46,371 bases of DNA from Octopus sinensis (taxonomy: Eukaryota). The DNA lies in contig NW_021834686.1 in assembly GCF_006345805.1 (NCBI RefSeq), positions 1 through 46,371 of the forward strand. Reading direction: 5' to 3'. Numbering within the stretch: position 1 is the first letter of the stretch; the number at the start of each line of letters is the position of its first letter. Both the position numbers and the translations under genes were made by a program. This document shows, in pieces, positions 11,721 through 26,502 of this stretch. Under the pieces are notes generated by a model. That model ran no database searches. It was not told the DNA's origin and worked only from the letters and a program-made list of their open reading frames with translations.

Positions 11721-11743
11721 AAAAAAAAAAATATATATATATA

Positions 11744-12075
11744 TACGACGGTCTTCTTTCAGTTTCCGTCTACCAAATCCTCTCAGAAGGCTTTGGTCGG
11801 CCCGAGGCTATAGTAGAAGACACTTGCCCAAGGTGCCACGCAGTGGGACTGAACCTGGAACCATGTGGTTGAGAAGCAAACTTCTTACCACAGAGCCACG
11901 CCCGCGCCTATATATATATCTATTTCCATCAACCAAATCCACTCACAAGGCTTTAGTCGATCGGCGGCTATCGCAGAACACAGTTGCCCAAGTGCCCAAG
12001 GTGCTACGAAGTAGGACTGAACACAGAACCACGCTGTTATGAAGCATATTTCTTACCCCCACGACCACTCCAGCT
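11744..12075 (-). mobile_element. Two SINE family A 5' halves (11744-11909 and degraded 11921-12075)
   Basis: ctaccaaatcc...gacacttgcccaaggtgccacgcagtgggactgaacc. Confidence 0.8.
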
Positions 12076-12477
12076 GAAATAATCCTTTTTCTTTCCTTTG
12101 GATTTATTGTTGAAAGTTACTAATGGGAAATTGATATCAATAGTATTAATTACGAACATGGAAATATCATTTAGAGAAATTTATGACTTCGGAATGTAAC
12201 TATTCCATGCTACAGATAAATTTAAGGTATGTGTAGGCTACAGAAGAACATAAAAACCGATACTCGCACAATAGGAATGGTGGGTTTTCTCCTATTGAAA
12301 AAGGTGAAATGGTTACGACTGAAAGCCCTTTGATCTTAAATCTCATCGATTTGGCTTGATCTGAAACCAAACAACTAAACAAACTAACAATTAACGATTG
12401 GTCAAACGAGGTTTTTGTGTCTTTGCAAGCGACCGATCTTAAAGATCGCTGCTTACACAATAGGAGCCAGCAGACTA

Positions 12478-12543
12478 TTTCTCTCTCTCTCTCTCTCTCT
12501 CATTTCTCTTTCTTTTTCTATTTCCCTCTCTCTCTCCTTCTCT

Positions 12544-12604
<61 letters not shown>

Positions 12605-12764
12605 GTATATTTATCTATCTGTCTGTGTCTGTCTGTCTGTCTATCTGTTTGTCTCCACCATCACTCTATTTATCTGCATACCTGTCTATCTGTCTATCTG
12701 TGTCTTCTCTATTTCTCTCTCTGTTTCTCTATTTATCAATCTATCTATATATCCATCTATCTAA

Positions 12765-12829
<65 letters not shown>

Positions 12830-12850
12830 AATCTATCAATGAATCAATCA

Positions 12851-12893
<43 letters not shown>

Positions 12894-12947
12894 AACCTAT
12901 CTATCTATCAATCTATCTATCTATCAATCTATCAATGAATCAATCAC

Positions 12948-13021
<74 letters not shown>

Positions 13022-13040
13022 CGTCACTCTATCTGTCTGT
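12478..13040. repeat. (CT)n/(TATC)n microsatellite
   Basis: Direct reading. Confidence 0.95.
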
Positions 13041-13384
13041 CTGTCCTTCAGTCACTTGTCCAGCACCGTAATCAAACAGAGCCAGTTACAATTCTATGAC
13101 GTAGTTTACTAATGGCCAACGGCTAATGGATATTCTCGGCCAGCGGTTGGATCGGAGTTCTCGTCTAGAGATTACAATTAATGATCGCTCCCCTCGTGTC
13201 ATTCTAATTATACAGTGGATCAATACTGATCCATTCTTCGTTTACAATCATATCGGAAATTTATGAGAACCACAAATCATGTAGTGTCGATATTTGAAGG
13301 GAACGACCACCCAAGGTTCTAAAGGATTTGACAGTTATACTAAGGAATATCGTTGTGTTGAGAAAGAGAGAGACAGGTAGAGAG

Positions 13385-13447
<63 letters not shown>

Positions 13448-13789
13448 GAAGGAGAAAAAATGGTCGGAACAGAAGAAGGGGGAGAACAGAAGAAATTGGA
13501 ATTGATACAGACGCTAATAGTAAATAATCTCTTCCGATCAAATTCTGTGAAATATTTCGCCAAAATCGAATATTGAAACGTGGCTTCAGAAACACGTTCG
13601 TGCGACATTATAGATAATTGGTAATACCAATGTGGTGGTAGTGTGGGGGGGTAGGGTGAGGGGGGGAGATGAAGAAGAGGAGGGAGGGAGAGGTGATGGT
13701 ATTATCAAGCATCAACTTGCGAAATAGATGAATTATGATGCAAAAGCTATATGAATTGATTGCGCACAAAACCAGAGATTCCTTGATAT

Positions 13790-14450
13790 AGCTTTTGTTG
13801 TTGTTGTTGTTACTGCTGTGGTTGTCATCGTCGTCGTCGTCATCGTTGTTGCTGTGGTTGTTGTTGCTGGTCGTAGTGGTGGTGGTGGTGGTGGTGGTGG
13901 AGGTGGTGGCGGCGACGCTGTTATTATTTGCTGTATTTGTTATTGTTAGTGTTGTTTCTTTATCTTCTACTTTCACTTCTTCGTCTTCAGCATCACCACC
14001 ACTACCACCACTACCAACACCTCCACCTCCACCACCACCACCACCACCTCCACCTCCACCACCACCACCTCCACCAACACCACCACACCACCACCATCAC
14101 CACCACCACCACCACCACCACCACCACCAACCACCACCACCACCACCACCACCACCACCTCCACCTCCACCAGCACCACCACCACCATCACCACCACCAC
14201 CACCACCACACCACCACCACACCACCACCACCACACTACCACCACCACCTCCACCTCCATCAGCGCCACCACCACCATCGTTATCATTATCTTCATTTTC
14301 ATCATTACCTTCATTATCATCATTATCTTCATTATCATCATCATCGTTGTCGTTGTCCTAATCTTCTTCTTCTTCTTCTTCTTCTTCTTCTTCTTCTTCT
14401 TCTTCTTCTTCTTCTTCTCTTTCTTCTCCTCCTCCCCCACTTCTTCTTCC
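13790..14450. repeat. Compound triplet tract (GTT/GGT)n -> (CAC)n -> (CAT)n -> (CTT)n
   Basis: Direct reading. Confidence 0.95.
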
Positions 14451-15053
14451 TACTTCTTTATTTTCTTGTTTACCCTCGTGGGTCAACTGCAGTCGAACAG
14501 ATTATTTATCATTGGAAATATTCTCGTCGTGTCGATTCCGTTAAATGTTTAAAAAGTAGACAAATTTCTATGCCCAACGTTCAATTTACCTTCTCATCCA
14601 TCCGGGGCTCATAAAATAAAGAACCTGCCCAATGCTTTGGATTCATGGAATGGTTAGAGTGTCTTGTAGTATTTCTTGCAGTTCTATCCTTCTGAATTTT
14701 AGGATGGCTGTTTTAATGCTTCATCCAGTTTAACTGTATTACCTGGTCCTTGAGTACCTTAAGGGGACTTCTCTCCATTGCAATAATTTGGGCCAGGTCA
14801 CCGCTTTAAGGATCCCATTCCTACTCGTTATCCTACCAATCTGGAAGGCCCTGAATTAATAAAGCAGCGGTCGTAGGTGCTGGTCACTTATTTCTCTAAC
14901 TAAAAGCTGAAAAAGTATTGGATTGTAATTTCTAATATGACCTCCCATTTTCTAATACATTCGGGTAAAATTTGAAGGAGATTTAGCTGCTATTCTTAAC
15001 AGGCTTAGATTTCCTATTCGCAAATCCATTTTGCTGTTGATGTTTAACCACAG

Positions 15054-15097
15054 GTCAAGTCTGATACAGGAAACCTATGAGCAGACGCAAACCAATC
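15054..15097 (+). CDS. Candidate 44-nt exon followed by a 101-nt intron-like segment
   Basis: tttaaccacag|GTCAAG...CCAATC|gtaagt ... ctcctacttttag|CGGATC (15199). The one open frame reads SSLIQETYEQTQTN-PDRANGLQIPILHLDLLNT. Confidence 0.25.
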
Positions 15098-15740
15098 GTA
15101 AGTCTTCCTTCGTTTGAGAGATTTCAATTGATATTTTTTTCTTTCTGTTTTTAAATCTGTAAAACGTAAGTTGAAGAAAATTTGACTCCTACTTTTAGCG
15201 GATCGAGCCAACGGGCTGCAGATTCCCATTCTGCATCTGGATTTACTGAACACGATGTGTAGCAGAAATCATTTTAGGAATTTTGCGGTCTTCATCATTT
15301 TCACAAACTACAACCTGAAACATCCCTTACTCCTCTTCTTTAAACATAAATTGTATTAATTAGAAGCATAGAAATATAATTTTGTCAATTTACTAGAATT
15401 TATGACTAGAATACGCCATTCCATATCGGAGATAAATTTTGAGTATGAGTAAGATGTAGAGGGAGATGCGACATTTCCATTGAGAAGAATTGGCTTAGTT
15501 ATATGCCAACGCCAATATTTCATGCGCAAAGTGATATAAATAATGATATAAACATGCTACCTAACACCATATCGAATATTGATCTGATTTAGAATTGCTA
15601 ACAAAGCAAAATGGTGTTCCTCTTCGGTAAACTGCAAAGTGTGATAAATATGTATACGCACAAATGACATACATACATATATGCATATATTCTTACATAC
15701 GTACGTACATACATGCATACATACATATATTCATAAACAG

Positions 15741-16037
15741 AAAACATTGGCAGACAACAATTGCAGGCTATACAAGACCAAGTCAGAAGACATCAACCAC
15801 ATTATTTGCCAACTGAGATGATGTCTTCCGGATATTATCTTCCCATGAGGCATGATGCAATGGCCAGAACAGTCTGGAACATGATAAAAAAGAAAACACC
15901 TAGAGACGAAGTTGGCTAATATTGAAACCGAAAGGTCCAAACAATATTGGTGGAACTGAAAGGTCAACGCAACCGGTGAGATATCGATGTGTGGGACCAC
16001 AAAGAACAGATATATTTTGTTACGGAAATCAGCTACG
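15741..16037 (+). pseudogene. Remnant of an RLE-type non-LTR retrotransposon (R4/Dong-like): zinc knuckle plus PD-(D/E)xK endonuclease
   Basis: Frameshifted peptides CRLYKTKSEDINHII, YYLPMRHDAMARTVWN, WWN and DIDVWDHKEQIYFVTEIS occur in the order expected for CxxC..H..C, RHD and PD..E. Confidence 0.7.
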
Positions 16038-16071
16038 AAATACATACATGCATGTATGAATGTACCATCAT

Positions 16072-16381
16072 AGCCTAGAACTTATCCTATCGGTCTTTTT
16101 TGCCGAACTGTTAAGTTACAGGGACGTAAACACACCAGCATCGGTTGTAAAGCGATGGTGGGGGGACCAACACAGACTTAGAAGCGCGTACACCTACAGC
16201 CCCCCCCCCATATATATATATGGGCTTCTTTCAGTTTCCGTCTACCAAATCCACCCACAAGGCTTTGGTCATCCCGAGACTATTGTAGAAGACACTTGCG
16301 CAAGGTGCCACGCAGTGGAACTAAACCCGGAACCTTGTGGTTGGTAAGCAAGCTACTTGCCACACAGCCACGCCTGCGCCT
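16072..16381 (-). mobile_element. SINE family A lacking its 3' end
   Basis: Head at 16381 and body extending to ~16072. Confidence 0.85.
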
Positions 16382-16655
16382 ATGGAAGATTCTCAAAAAC
16401 TTGGTTCCAAACTTTGTCAGAAAAGAGTGGGAAAATATCAAAGGAATGGAAAGCTCTAGTTTCCAAAATTTCCTTCCACAAAGACTTCCATCAAATATCT
16501 AAAGGCAAAAGTCTATCACGTAAAGTTCCTTTGTTGTTTAACCGTTTCCCAAAGGGTTGCAAGACGTTGAATGAAGTTTCTCATGAGAACCTTAAAAGGA
16601 ATGTCGATTTTATTTCATTCTTACCTAATCAGCCAACAGGAAAAGGCTACGGCCA
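16382..16655 (+). pseudogene. Decayed C-terminal end of a CR1/L2-like LINE ORF2
   Basis: WKILKNLVPNF followed, after a frameshift, by KVPLLFNRFPK...NLKRNVDFISFLPNQP. This resembles the WKILExLVPN...GPxLFNxLP...FKRxLDxFL..PDQP tail of such LINEs. Confidence 0.5.
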
Positions 16656-16886
16656 AACCACAACAACTCTACAATTTTTTTTTTCCTACACTAACACGAC
16701 ATGCCACATACAACAAACACACTGAACTCTTAAATATGCACCGAGACAACACAAGGGACATTGGGAATTCATTTCTGAAGAACGAAATAACCAGGAACTA
16801 CAATGGTATGTAAGAACAGGAAAAAGGCAACGCCATTCGTTTGAAGCTAACCACCAACCCTACATAGACACACACACACACACACA

Positions 16887-16936
<50 letters not shown>

Positions 16937-17223
16937 ATATTATTTATTTAAAGGACACAATACATGTGTTTAAGTGCTACTAATAGTACACATCAGGTAC
17001 GTACAAACCACATACAACGAACGAAAAAAAAATTGAATAAGAGAAGAAACGAGTAAAAAACTGAGAAAGCAGTGAATAGAAAACGTGGGACACTACATTA
17101 TCCCTCTTTCTCTTTTTCCTCATGTTGTGTTTTTGTTGATTTCTGCTTGTTATGTTCTTTCTGGCCTACCATCAATATATCCATGCGGTACAACCTGTTA
17201 ACTTTGGTAATATATATATTACT

Positions 17224-17596
17224 GTGGCTGTGTGGTAAGTAGCTTGCTAACCAACCACATGGTTCCTGGTTCAGTCCCACTGCGTGACATCTTGGGCAAG
17301 TGTCTTCCGCTATAGCCCCGGGCCGACCAATGCCTTGTGAGTGGATTTGGTAGATGGAAACTGTCGTATATATGTATATATATATATGTATGTGTGTGTT
17401 TGTCCCCCTAGCATTGCTTGACAACCGATGCTGGTGTGTTTACGTCCCCGTAACTTAGCGGTTCGGCAAAAGAAACCGATAGAATAAGTACTGGGCTTAC
17501 AAAGAAATAAGTCCCAGGGTCGATTTGCTCGACTAAAGGCGGTGCTCCAGCATGGCCGCAGTCAAATGACTGAAACAAGTAAAAGAGTAAAAGAGT
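17224..17596 (+). mobile_element. SINE family A, near full length
   Basis: gtggctgtgtggtaag ... gtaaaagagtaaaagagt. Confidence 0.9.
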
Positions 17597-18093
17597 ATAT
17601 ATTATTTATCTTTATTTATCTAGTTTCAGCTCACAAGCTGTGGTCATGCTGGGGCCATGCTGGGGCACCTAATGCAATATTTATTACGATTGCTATTTTC
17701 CAGTAAATATTGGTGCCTTGTTGTACCATTTATCTACTTTTATATATATATATATATGTATATACATGCTGACTGACGGAATTAGCCGACAGTCACTGAT
17801 GATGTCTACAGAAGGAACGAAACTAGACGTGCATTCAGGGGATTCTTCATTCGGGCATGAGACGGTTACCTCCACTGTCAGCATGTGTATATACATTTCC
17901 ACGCTTCCTACAATATTAAGTCTGTTTTAACCCTTATTTTTAGCAATGTGTTTCTCGGTACCCTTAGTCCCAATTGAATTATTCCCCTAAGGTATCTCAT
18001 TGCACTTAGCTATTTATATCAATCTTTGCCTGTATACATACATACATGTTATATGTATATATATATATTATATATATATATATATATATAAAT

Positions 18094-18328
18094 GCGCCCT
18101 TTTTAAAGCCTAGCCAGGTTTCCCGGTTTCAATGATGTATGTGTTGCCCAGCTGGACGGGACGCCAGGCCATCGCAGCGTTACTCATTTTTGGCACCTGA
18201 GTGGACTGGAGCAACGTGAAATGAAGCGTTTTGCTCAAGAACACAACGCGTCGCCCGGTCCAGGAATCGAAACCACAATCTTACGATCATGATGCTGACA
18301 CCCTAACCACTGAGCCACGCGCCTCCAC
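18094..18328 (-). mobile_element. tRNA-derived SINE family C variant
   Basis: Minus head gtggaggcgcgtggctcagtggttaggg...ggtttcgattcc, central TTGAGCAAAACGCTTCATTTCACGTTGCTCCAGTCCACTCAG, and a 3' module shared with 31135-31441. Confidence 0.8.
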
Positions 18329-18650
18329 TCACATATACTTATATATATATATATGCAATAGATGCGCGTGTGAGTGTGGGGTGTGCGCGCGTGTGTGTGT
18401 GTGTCATGGAGAAACAGGAATATGATAAGATTGGGAAACTTACGACAGCGACGCTAAGGCGCCTTACCTTCGATAGAGAACTAAACCTATATATATAGAT
18501 GTGTGTGTATGTATATATGTATTGATGCATGTATATATGTATTGATGTATGTATGTATGCATGTATGTATGAATATGTAAACAAATGGGAAAATGCGATA
18601 GTCTGTTTGGAATGCGATTGCCATTTCAACAATTGATAATATGCCTTAGA

Positions 18651-20390
<1,740 letters not shown>

Positions 20391-20803
20391 TATTAAGCTT
20401 TGAAAAGATCAAATTAGAACTTTATGGTAAAATATCTCTCACTAATGTTGGTTATTTATTATGCTTCTGCAAATGGATTTGGAATGGTGCTGCTGTGAAA
20501 GTGTTATGAACCCCCCTAACACCTCTTTCTCTGCAAAAAAATGACAGAATATTTTAGCAGTTGTGTATCACTGGTTAATGTTTTGATTCAACAAAACATC
20601 GACACCTAACAACGAGTGAAATTATTGAAAGTTTAAAATCGAAAGTGAAAGTAGAAACTTCTTTTTTTTTTGTGTTTGTAGTAGGGTTAACTAATTAGAG
20701 TGAGGTTAATAAAAATGCATTAGCACCGTAAAATATTCGGAAAGAAAATTAACAAAAAAAAAAAACAGAAAAATAAATTTGGTAATATTTTATCGAACTA
20801 AAA

Positions 20804-21223
20804 AGGCGCAGGAGTGGCTGTGTGGTAAGTAGCTTGCTAACCAACCACATGGTTCCGGGTTCAGTCCCACTGCGTGGCATCTTGGGCAAGTGTCTTCTGC
20901 TATAGCTCCGGGCCGACCAATGCCTTGTGAGTGGATTTGGTAGACGGAAGCTGAAAGAAGCCTGTCTTATATATGTAAATATATATATAAGTGTGTGTGT
21001 ATATGTTTGTGTGTCTGTGTTTGTCCCCCTAGCATTGCTTGACAACCGATGCTGGTGTGTTTATGTCCCCGTCAGTTAGCGGTTCGGCAAAAGAGAACGA
21101 TAGAATAAGTACTGGGCTTACAAAGTATAAGTCCCGGGGTCGATTTGCTCGACTAAAGGCGGTGCTCCAGCATGGCCGCAGTCAAATGACTGAAACAAAT
21201 AAAAGAGTAAAAGAGTAAGAGTA
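20804..21223 (+). mobile_element. SINE family A, full length
   Basis: Complete match. Confidence 0.92.
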
Positions 21224-21567
21224 AGCCGGTTTCGATTCTATTTTAAAAGCAAATTCCTTATTTTATTAAAGCAGTGAACAGCGAGATTGAAAACTGTCTC
21301 TTATACGTATTTAATCGAAATAAGTTCTGACAGATGTGAACGGTCATGTGCTTATTATTGTTGTGTCGCAAGAGTACATTTTCTCATTTAGAAAGAATCT
21401 AGCGGCGAAACAAGTAAAAGAGGTAAAAGAGGTAAATCGGATTCGTGAAGACTTTGAAAACGTAAACCAGTGAATCTGAACCGGGTTCGATTTCAGGTGT
21501 CGCACAAACAAGAAATTAAACTGGCGATCCATAATAGAATATCAAGGGGCCATAAAAAGTTTTGCCT

Positions 21568-21802
21568 TACTTTTTACTCTCTTACACTTTTACTTGTTTG
21601 AGTCATTTGACTGCGGCCATGCTGGAGCACCACCTTTTAGTCGAGCAAATCGATCTCAGGACTTATTCTTTGTAATCTAGTACTTATTCTATCGGGTTCT
21701 TTTGCCGAACCGCTAAGTTACGGGGACGTAAACACACCAGCGTCGGTTGTCAAGCGATGTTGGGGTGACAAATACAGACACACAAACACACACACTCACA
21801 TA

Positions 21803-21863
<61 letters not shown>

Positions 21864-22027
21864 CGACGGGCTTCTTTCAGTTTCCGTCTACCAAATCCAC
21901 TCACAAGGCTTTGGTCAGCCCGAGGCTATAGTAGAAGACACTTGCCCAAGATGCCACGCAGTGGGACTGAACCCGGAACCATGTGGTTGGTAAGCAAGCT
22001 ACTTACCACACAGCCACTCCTACGCCC
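21568..22027 (-). mobile_element. SINE family A, full length
   Basis: Complete match; inverted relative to 20804-21223. Confidence 0.9.
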
Positions 22028-22423
22028 GATGAAATTATTGTAAGAAACAGCCCGGTTTCTTTCTCTGACGTTTTACAAAGTTCATCTTACACAAGTTAAT
22101 ATTTGGAAAGCAAAATAGGAATTTTGAAAGAAGTATCTATAAAACTAGTTTATAAACATCGATAGGGTGCGGGGATCCACCGGAATAGGGCAATAATCAA
22201 AGGAGTCCATAGGTTAAAAAGAAATGGCGGAGAATCTCTGGCTAAACGAATGAATGCAACAAAATATCCATATTCTGACTAATTTAAATGTGTAAATAAA
22301 TTAAGCTTCGTAAGAATGAAGTGAAGAAATGTGTAACTTTTAATATGGAAGGGAATTAGGCTTAAGCACCATCAGTGCTTGGCCGCAGTCTGCTGGCTGG
22401 GATCAGTAAGACAGTAAAAGAGT

Positions 22424-22642
22424 ATCTTTCTACTTTTACTTGTTTCAGTCATTTGACTGCGGCCATGCTGGAGCACCGCCTTTAGTCGAGCAAATCGACT
22501 CCGGGACTTATTCTTTGTAAGCCCAGTACTTATTCTATCGGTCTCTTTTTGCCGAACCGCTAAGTTACGGGGACGTAAACACACCAGTATCGGTTGTCAA
22601 GCAATGCTAGGGGGACAAACACAGACACACAAACAGACACTT

Positions 22643-22681
<39 letters not shown>

Positions 22682-22858
22682 ATATATATATACACGACAG
22701 GCTTCTTTCAGTTTCCGTCTACCAAATCCACTCACAAGGCTTTGGTCGGCCCGAGGCTATAGTAGAAGACATTTGCCCAAGATGCCACCCAGTGGGACTG
22801 AACCCGGAACCATGTAGTTCATAAGCAAGCTACTTACCACACAGCCACTCCTGCGCCT
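22424..22858 (-). mobile_element. SINE family A, full length
   Basis: Complete match. Confidence 0.92.
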
Positions 22859-23029
22859 ATTCCTCAACATTTCATGTAATTTATTTCATTGGACTGAGGC
22901 CATGCTAAAGTACGAGGCTGAAGGGTTCCAGTCGAACAACTCGAACGGAGGACTCATTCCTTTTTCAAGTCTAGCACTTATTCAATGAGTTTCTCTTGCC
23001 GAGCCGCTAGATTACAAGGATGTAAACAA

Positions 23030-23320
23030 GTAGTGTCGTTGGTGGTGGTGGTGGTGATGATAGTGGCTGAGGTTGTGGTGATGATAGTGGCTGAGGTTAT
23101 TGTGATAATGGTGGTGGTACTGGTGGTGGTAAGAGTATTAGTAGTAGGAGTAGTAGTAGTAGTAGTAGCAGCAGCAGCAGCAGTAGCAGTAGTAGTGGTG
23201 GTGCTGTTTGTAATAGTATCGGTGGTGCTGTTTGTAGTAGTAGTAGCGGTGGTGCTGTTTGTAGTAGTAGTAGTAGTAGTAGTTGTCGTCGTCGTCATCG
23301 TCGTTGTTGTTATTGTTGCT
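23030..23320. repeat. (GTA/GCA/GGT)n triplet tract
   Basis: Direct reading. A complementary-sense (TAC/TGC/ACC)n tract lies at 29545-29850. Confidence 0.9.
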
Positions 23321-24462
23321 GTTTTTCCTGTGCATGATAGCATCCCGTGGCAGCCATGAGAGATTCCTAAACGATTCAAAAGATGAACGATTGCAACTGT
23401 CCGATTTACAACCACTACAAAAGCCATGTGGTAAACTTTAGAATGCCAATAGATTATTTTAGGCTCCCAAGTGGGCCGTATATCAGATTTTAACCAAGAT
23501 CTGAAATTGAATTGTCTATAACAGTTATGAATGGTATAGATAAAAAGATTGGTTAGTCACATTGCGATTTGTTAAATGAAAATGTATCGAATTAAATTCC
23601 ATTTCTATGAAGGAAAAGAAAAACAGAAATAGAGAAAGTCGAATGTTATTTCCAAGAGACGTTGCTCTGTCGTAATAACATACAAAAGTATGATCACGTA
23701 GCCATTTTGAAATTCCAGTAATTTTTTTTTTTTTTTTTTGAATAAATAAATAGATGCGGTTGACAGTACAGTCATTTTCAAAAGTGTGTGGGTTTTGACT
23801 AAAATTTGGTAATGGAAAAAAATTACCGAGTTCGTAGTTGTCATCGTCGTCATCGGAGCCGTCATCTCCCTCATTTTCACTATCTTTCCTTCTTCCTTCC
23901 TTTCGTTCATTCTTTCTTTCTTTTTCTTTCTTTCTTTGATTCATTGATTCTTTCTTCCTTCTTTTCTTTCTATTTTCTTTTTTTCTTTCTTTCTTCCCTT
24001 CGTTGACTTTTTTCTTTTCTTCATTTCTTTCTTTCTCTTTCATTTTTTCTTTCTATATATCTGTGCGACGTCTATGTGTGTGTCTGTTTATGTGCGTGTG
24101 TGTGTGTCTATAAGTTTATTTAAGTATATGTGTAAGCATCTAGACATTTACACATAACTTCATACATGTAAGAATGTATGTACATATGCAAATATCTATG
24201 AATGTGTGTGTGTTTGTGAGTGTATATATATATATATATATTACACACACACACGTGTATACTTCAATATATAAATACAGACACACATGTATTTACATGT
24301 ATATATATGTGAGTGTGCGTGTATATATATATAATATATATTATATATATATACATATATATGCATGTGTGCATTTGTCAGGATAAGCAAACTGGAGGAA
24401 AAGCTGTAGAATTATATTCCAAAGTGTTTGTTGATTCACCGCCCCATGTTCTTTTATTACTC

Positions 24463-24544
<82 letters not shown>

Positions 24545-24545
24545 C

Positions 24546-24701
24546 AACAACTTATAAACAAGGGCAAAAGAAAATATTCTAATGCCAAATATGCCGATAA
24601 TAGACAAATTGTCTATAACCATATAATTTTCTGACAATTTGTCTATTTTCGGCATATTTGGCATTAGAATTTTTTTCTGTTGCCCTTGTTTATAAGTTGT
24701 T
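24546..24701. mobile_element. Fold-back/MITE-like element with ~68-bp arms and a 19-nt spacer
   Basis: 24546-24613 versus 24633-24701: near-perfect inverted arms (about 3 substitutions and one 1-nt indel), next to (TA)n. Confidence 0.85.
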
Positions 24702-25174
24702 TATAAATTTAACCTTTAAAGGTATTTTTTAATATGCTGGCCATTGATAAAATTTTTTTCGAAAAATTTTATCCTATATTAGATATATATACATATATAT
24801 ATATAATTATTTATGAGTACACACACACACACACAACACACACACACACACATATACTCATGCACAGTCGCAGACACGTACATCTGGGCAAATCTCACTA
24901 CAATTCTCCTTGCAGTAGCTTATTAGTGTCCAATCCTGGGATCAATTAAAATTGTATGAATGAAATCTCGGAAGTAGCATGAAAGCATGTCGAGTGAAGT
25001 GTATCCTTTTAGCGTTTAGATTATTCTGTCAAATGTAATGCTAAATTTAATCGCATTGTTTTGCATTAATTATGCATTACTTCGCAGCTCTATGATTTCC
25101 ATGATATAATTGTTTATTTTTTTTATAATGGCAATGTGGCGTCGGTGTGAAAAGTCGGATCCGGTCAGAATTAT

Positions 25175-25175
25175 T

Positions 25176-25262
<87 letters not shown>

Positions 25263-25477
25263 CATTATGATTATTATTATTATTATAATTGTTATTGTTA
25301 TTATTACTATCATCATCATCATCATTATTATTATTATTATTAATATTATTATTATTATCATTATTATTATTATTGTTATTGTTATTATTACTATCATCAT
25401 CATCATCATCATTATTATTATTACTATTATTATTATCATCATTATTATGATTATTATCATCATTATTATCATCATCA

Positions 25478-25524
<47 letters not shown>

Positions 25525-25525
25525 T
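25175..25525. repeat. (AAT)n switching to (ATT/ATC)n
   Basis: Strand switch at ~25231. Confidence 0.95.
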
Positions 25526-26502
25526 CTTTATTTCTTTGTTTGTTTATTGAGATTGTTAATGGAGTTTCAGAACTTGGAAAATTGCTACAAAAATCATACG
25601 AATATAGACTCAAGAGTTCAAAGAACACAAGTTGATATGATAGACTAAAAACGCTTGACTGAGATGCCCCAGTATGGCCGCAGTCCAAGACGAAAACCAG
25701 CAAAAGAATGTATGCGCTATTTTCCCACAACAGATCGTTCATCCTAAGACGGGCCACGCAGTGGAAAAAGCAGTTGTTGTTGTTGTTATGGTGATGGTAG
25801 CAGTGGGGATGACGTTGGTGTTGTTATTGTTATTGTTGTTGTTGCTTTTATTTCATCCGATGCATTATTAAAGACATCACGAACGATGTTTGACCGCCGT
25901 ATCTGAGAAACCACAATATGTTTATTTATTTAAAAATGAAAATTGCTAATATTCACACCAACGCCATATTCACAGACCACAACATTTCACAACACGCGTA
26001 AAAAAAAAATTGAAATAAAATAATAATGAAAATGAATATAAAAAATATAATAAAATTAAACCAAGATATAATTATTTAAGGAATTTTAATATGGAACGTG
26101 TACATTTTTGCACTTAAAAATTTGTATTGCACAACGCATGTCATATAATGGAGCGAACAATGAAAGCCGGATGCATTGTCCAAAATTTCAAAAGAGCTTT
26201 TCTTTAAAAACAAATGAAAAAAAAAAAACCCACAAAGACAACACAAATAGCAACAGCATCAACAACAATCAGAACAAAACATCCTGATTGTGTTGTTAGG
26301 GTGGGTAACGAGACAATAAATAATTTATAGCGGTACATCCGAGTACAAGATACATCATTGAGAGAAGCTGAGCCTAAATTGAAATAATGTTATTACATGG
26401 ATGAATAACTTTCAATATGGAGAGAGTCGATGAGAGGGCCTGTACGTAGTCGGTCGATTTGCTAAAAATAGCGAAGAAATTATCAAGTGATTCCTCATAA
26501 CT

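Noticed and set aside
14743-14850. 108-nt minus-strand exon candidate (AFQIGRITSRNGILKAVTWPKLLQWREVPLRYSRT)
   Set aside because: AG/GT bounded and open, but the pyrimidine tract is weak and no homology is recognised. Such segments are expected by chance in 46 kb.
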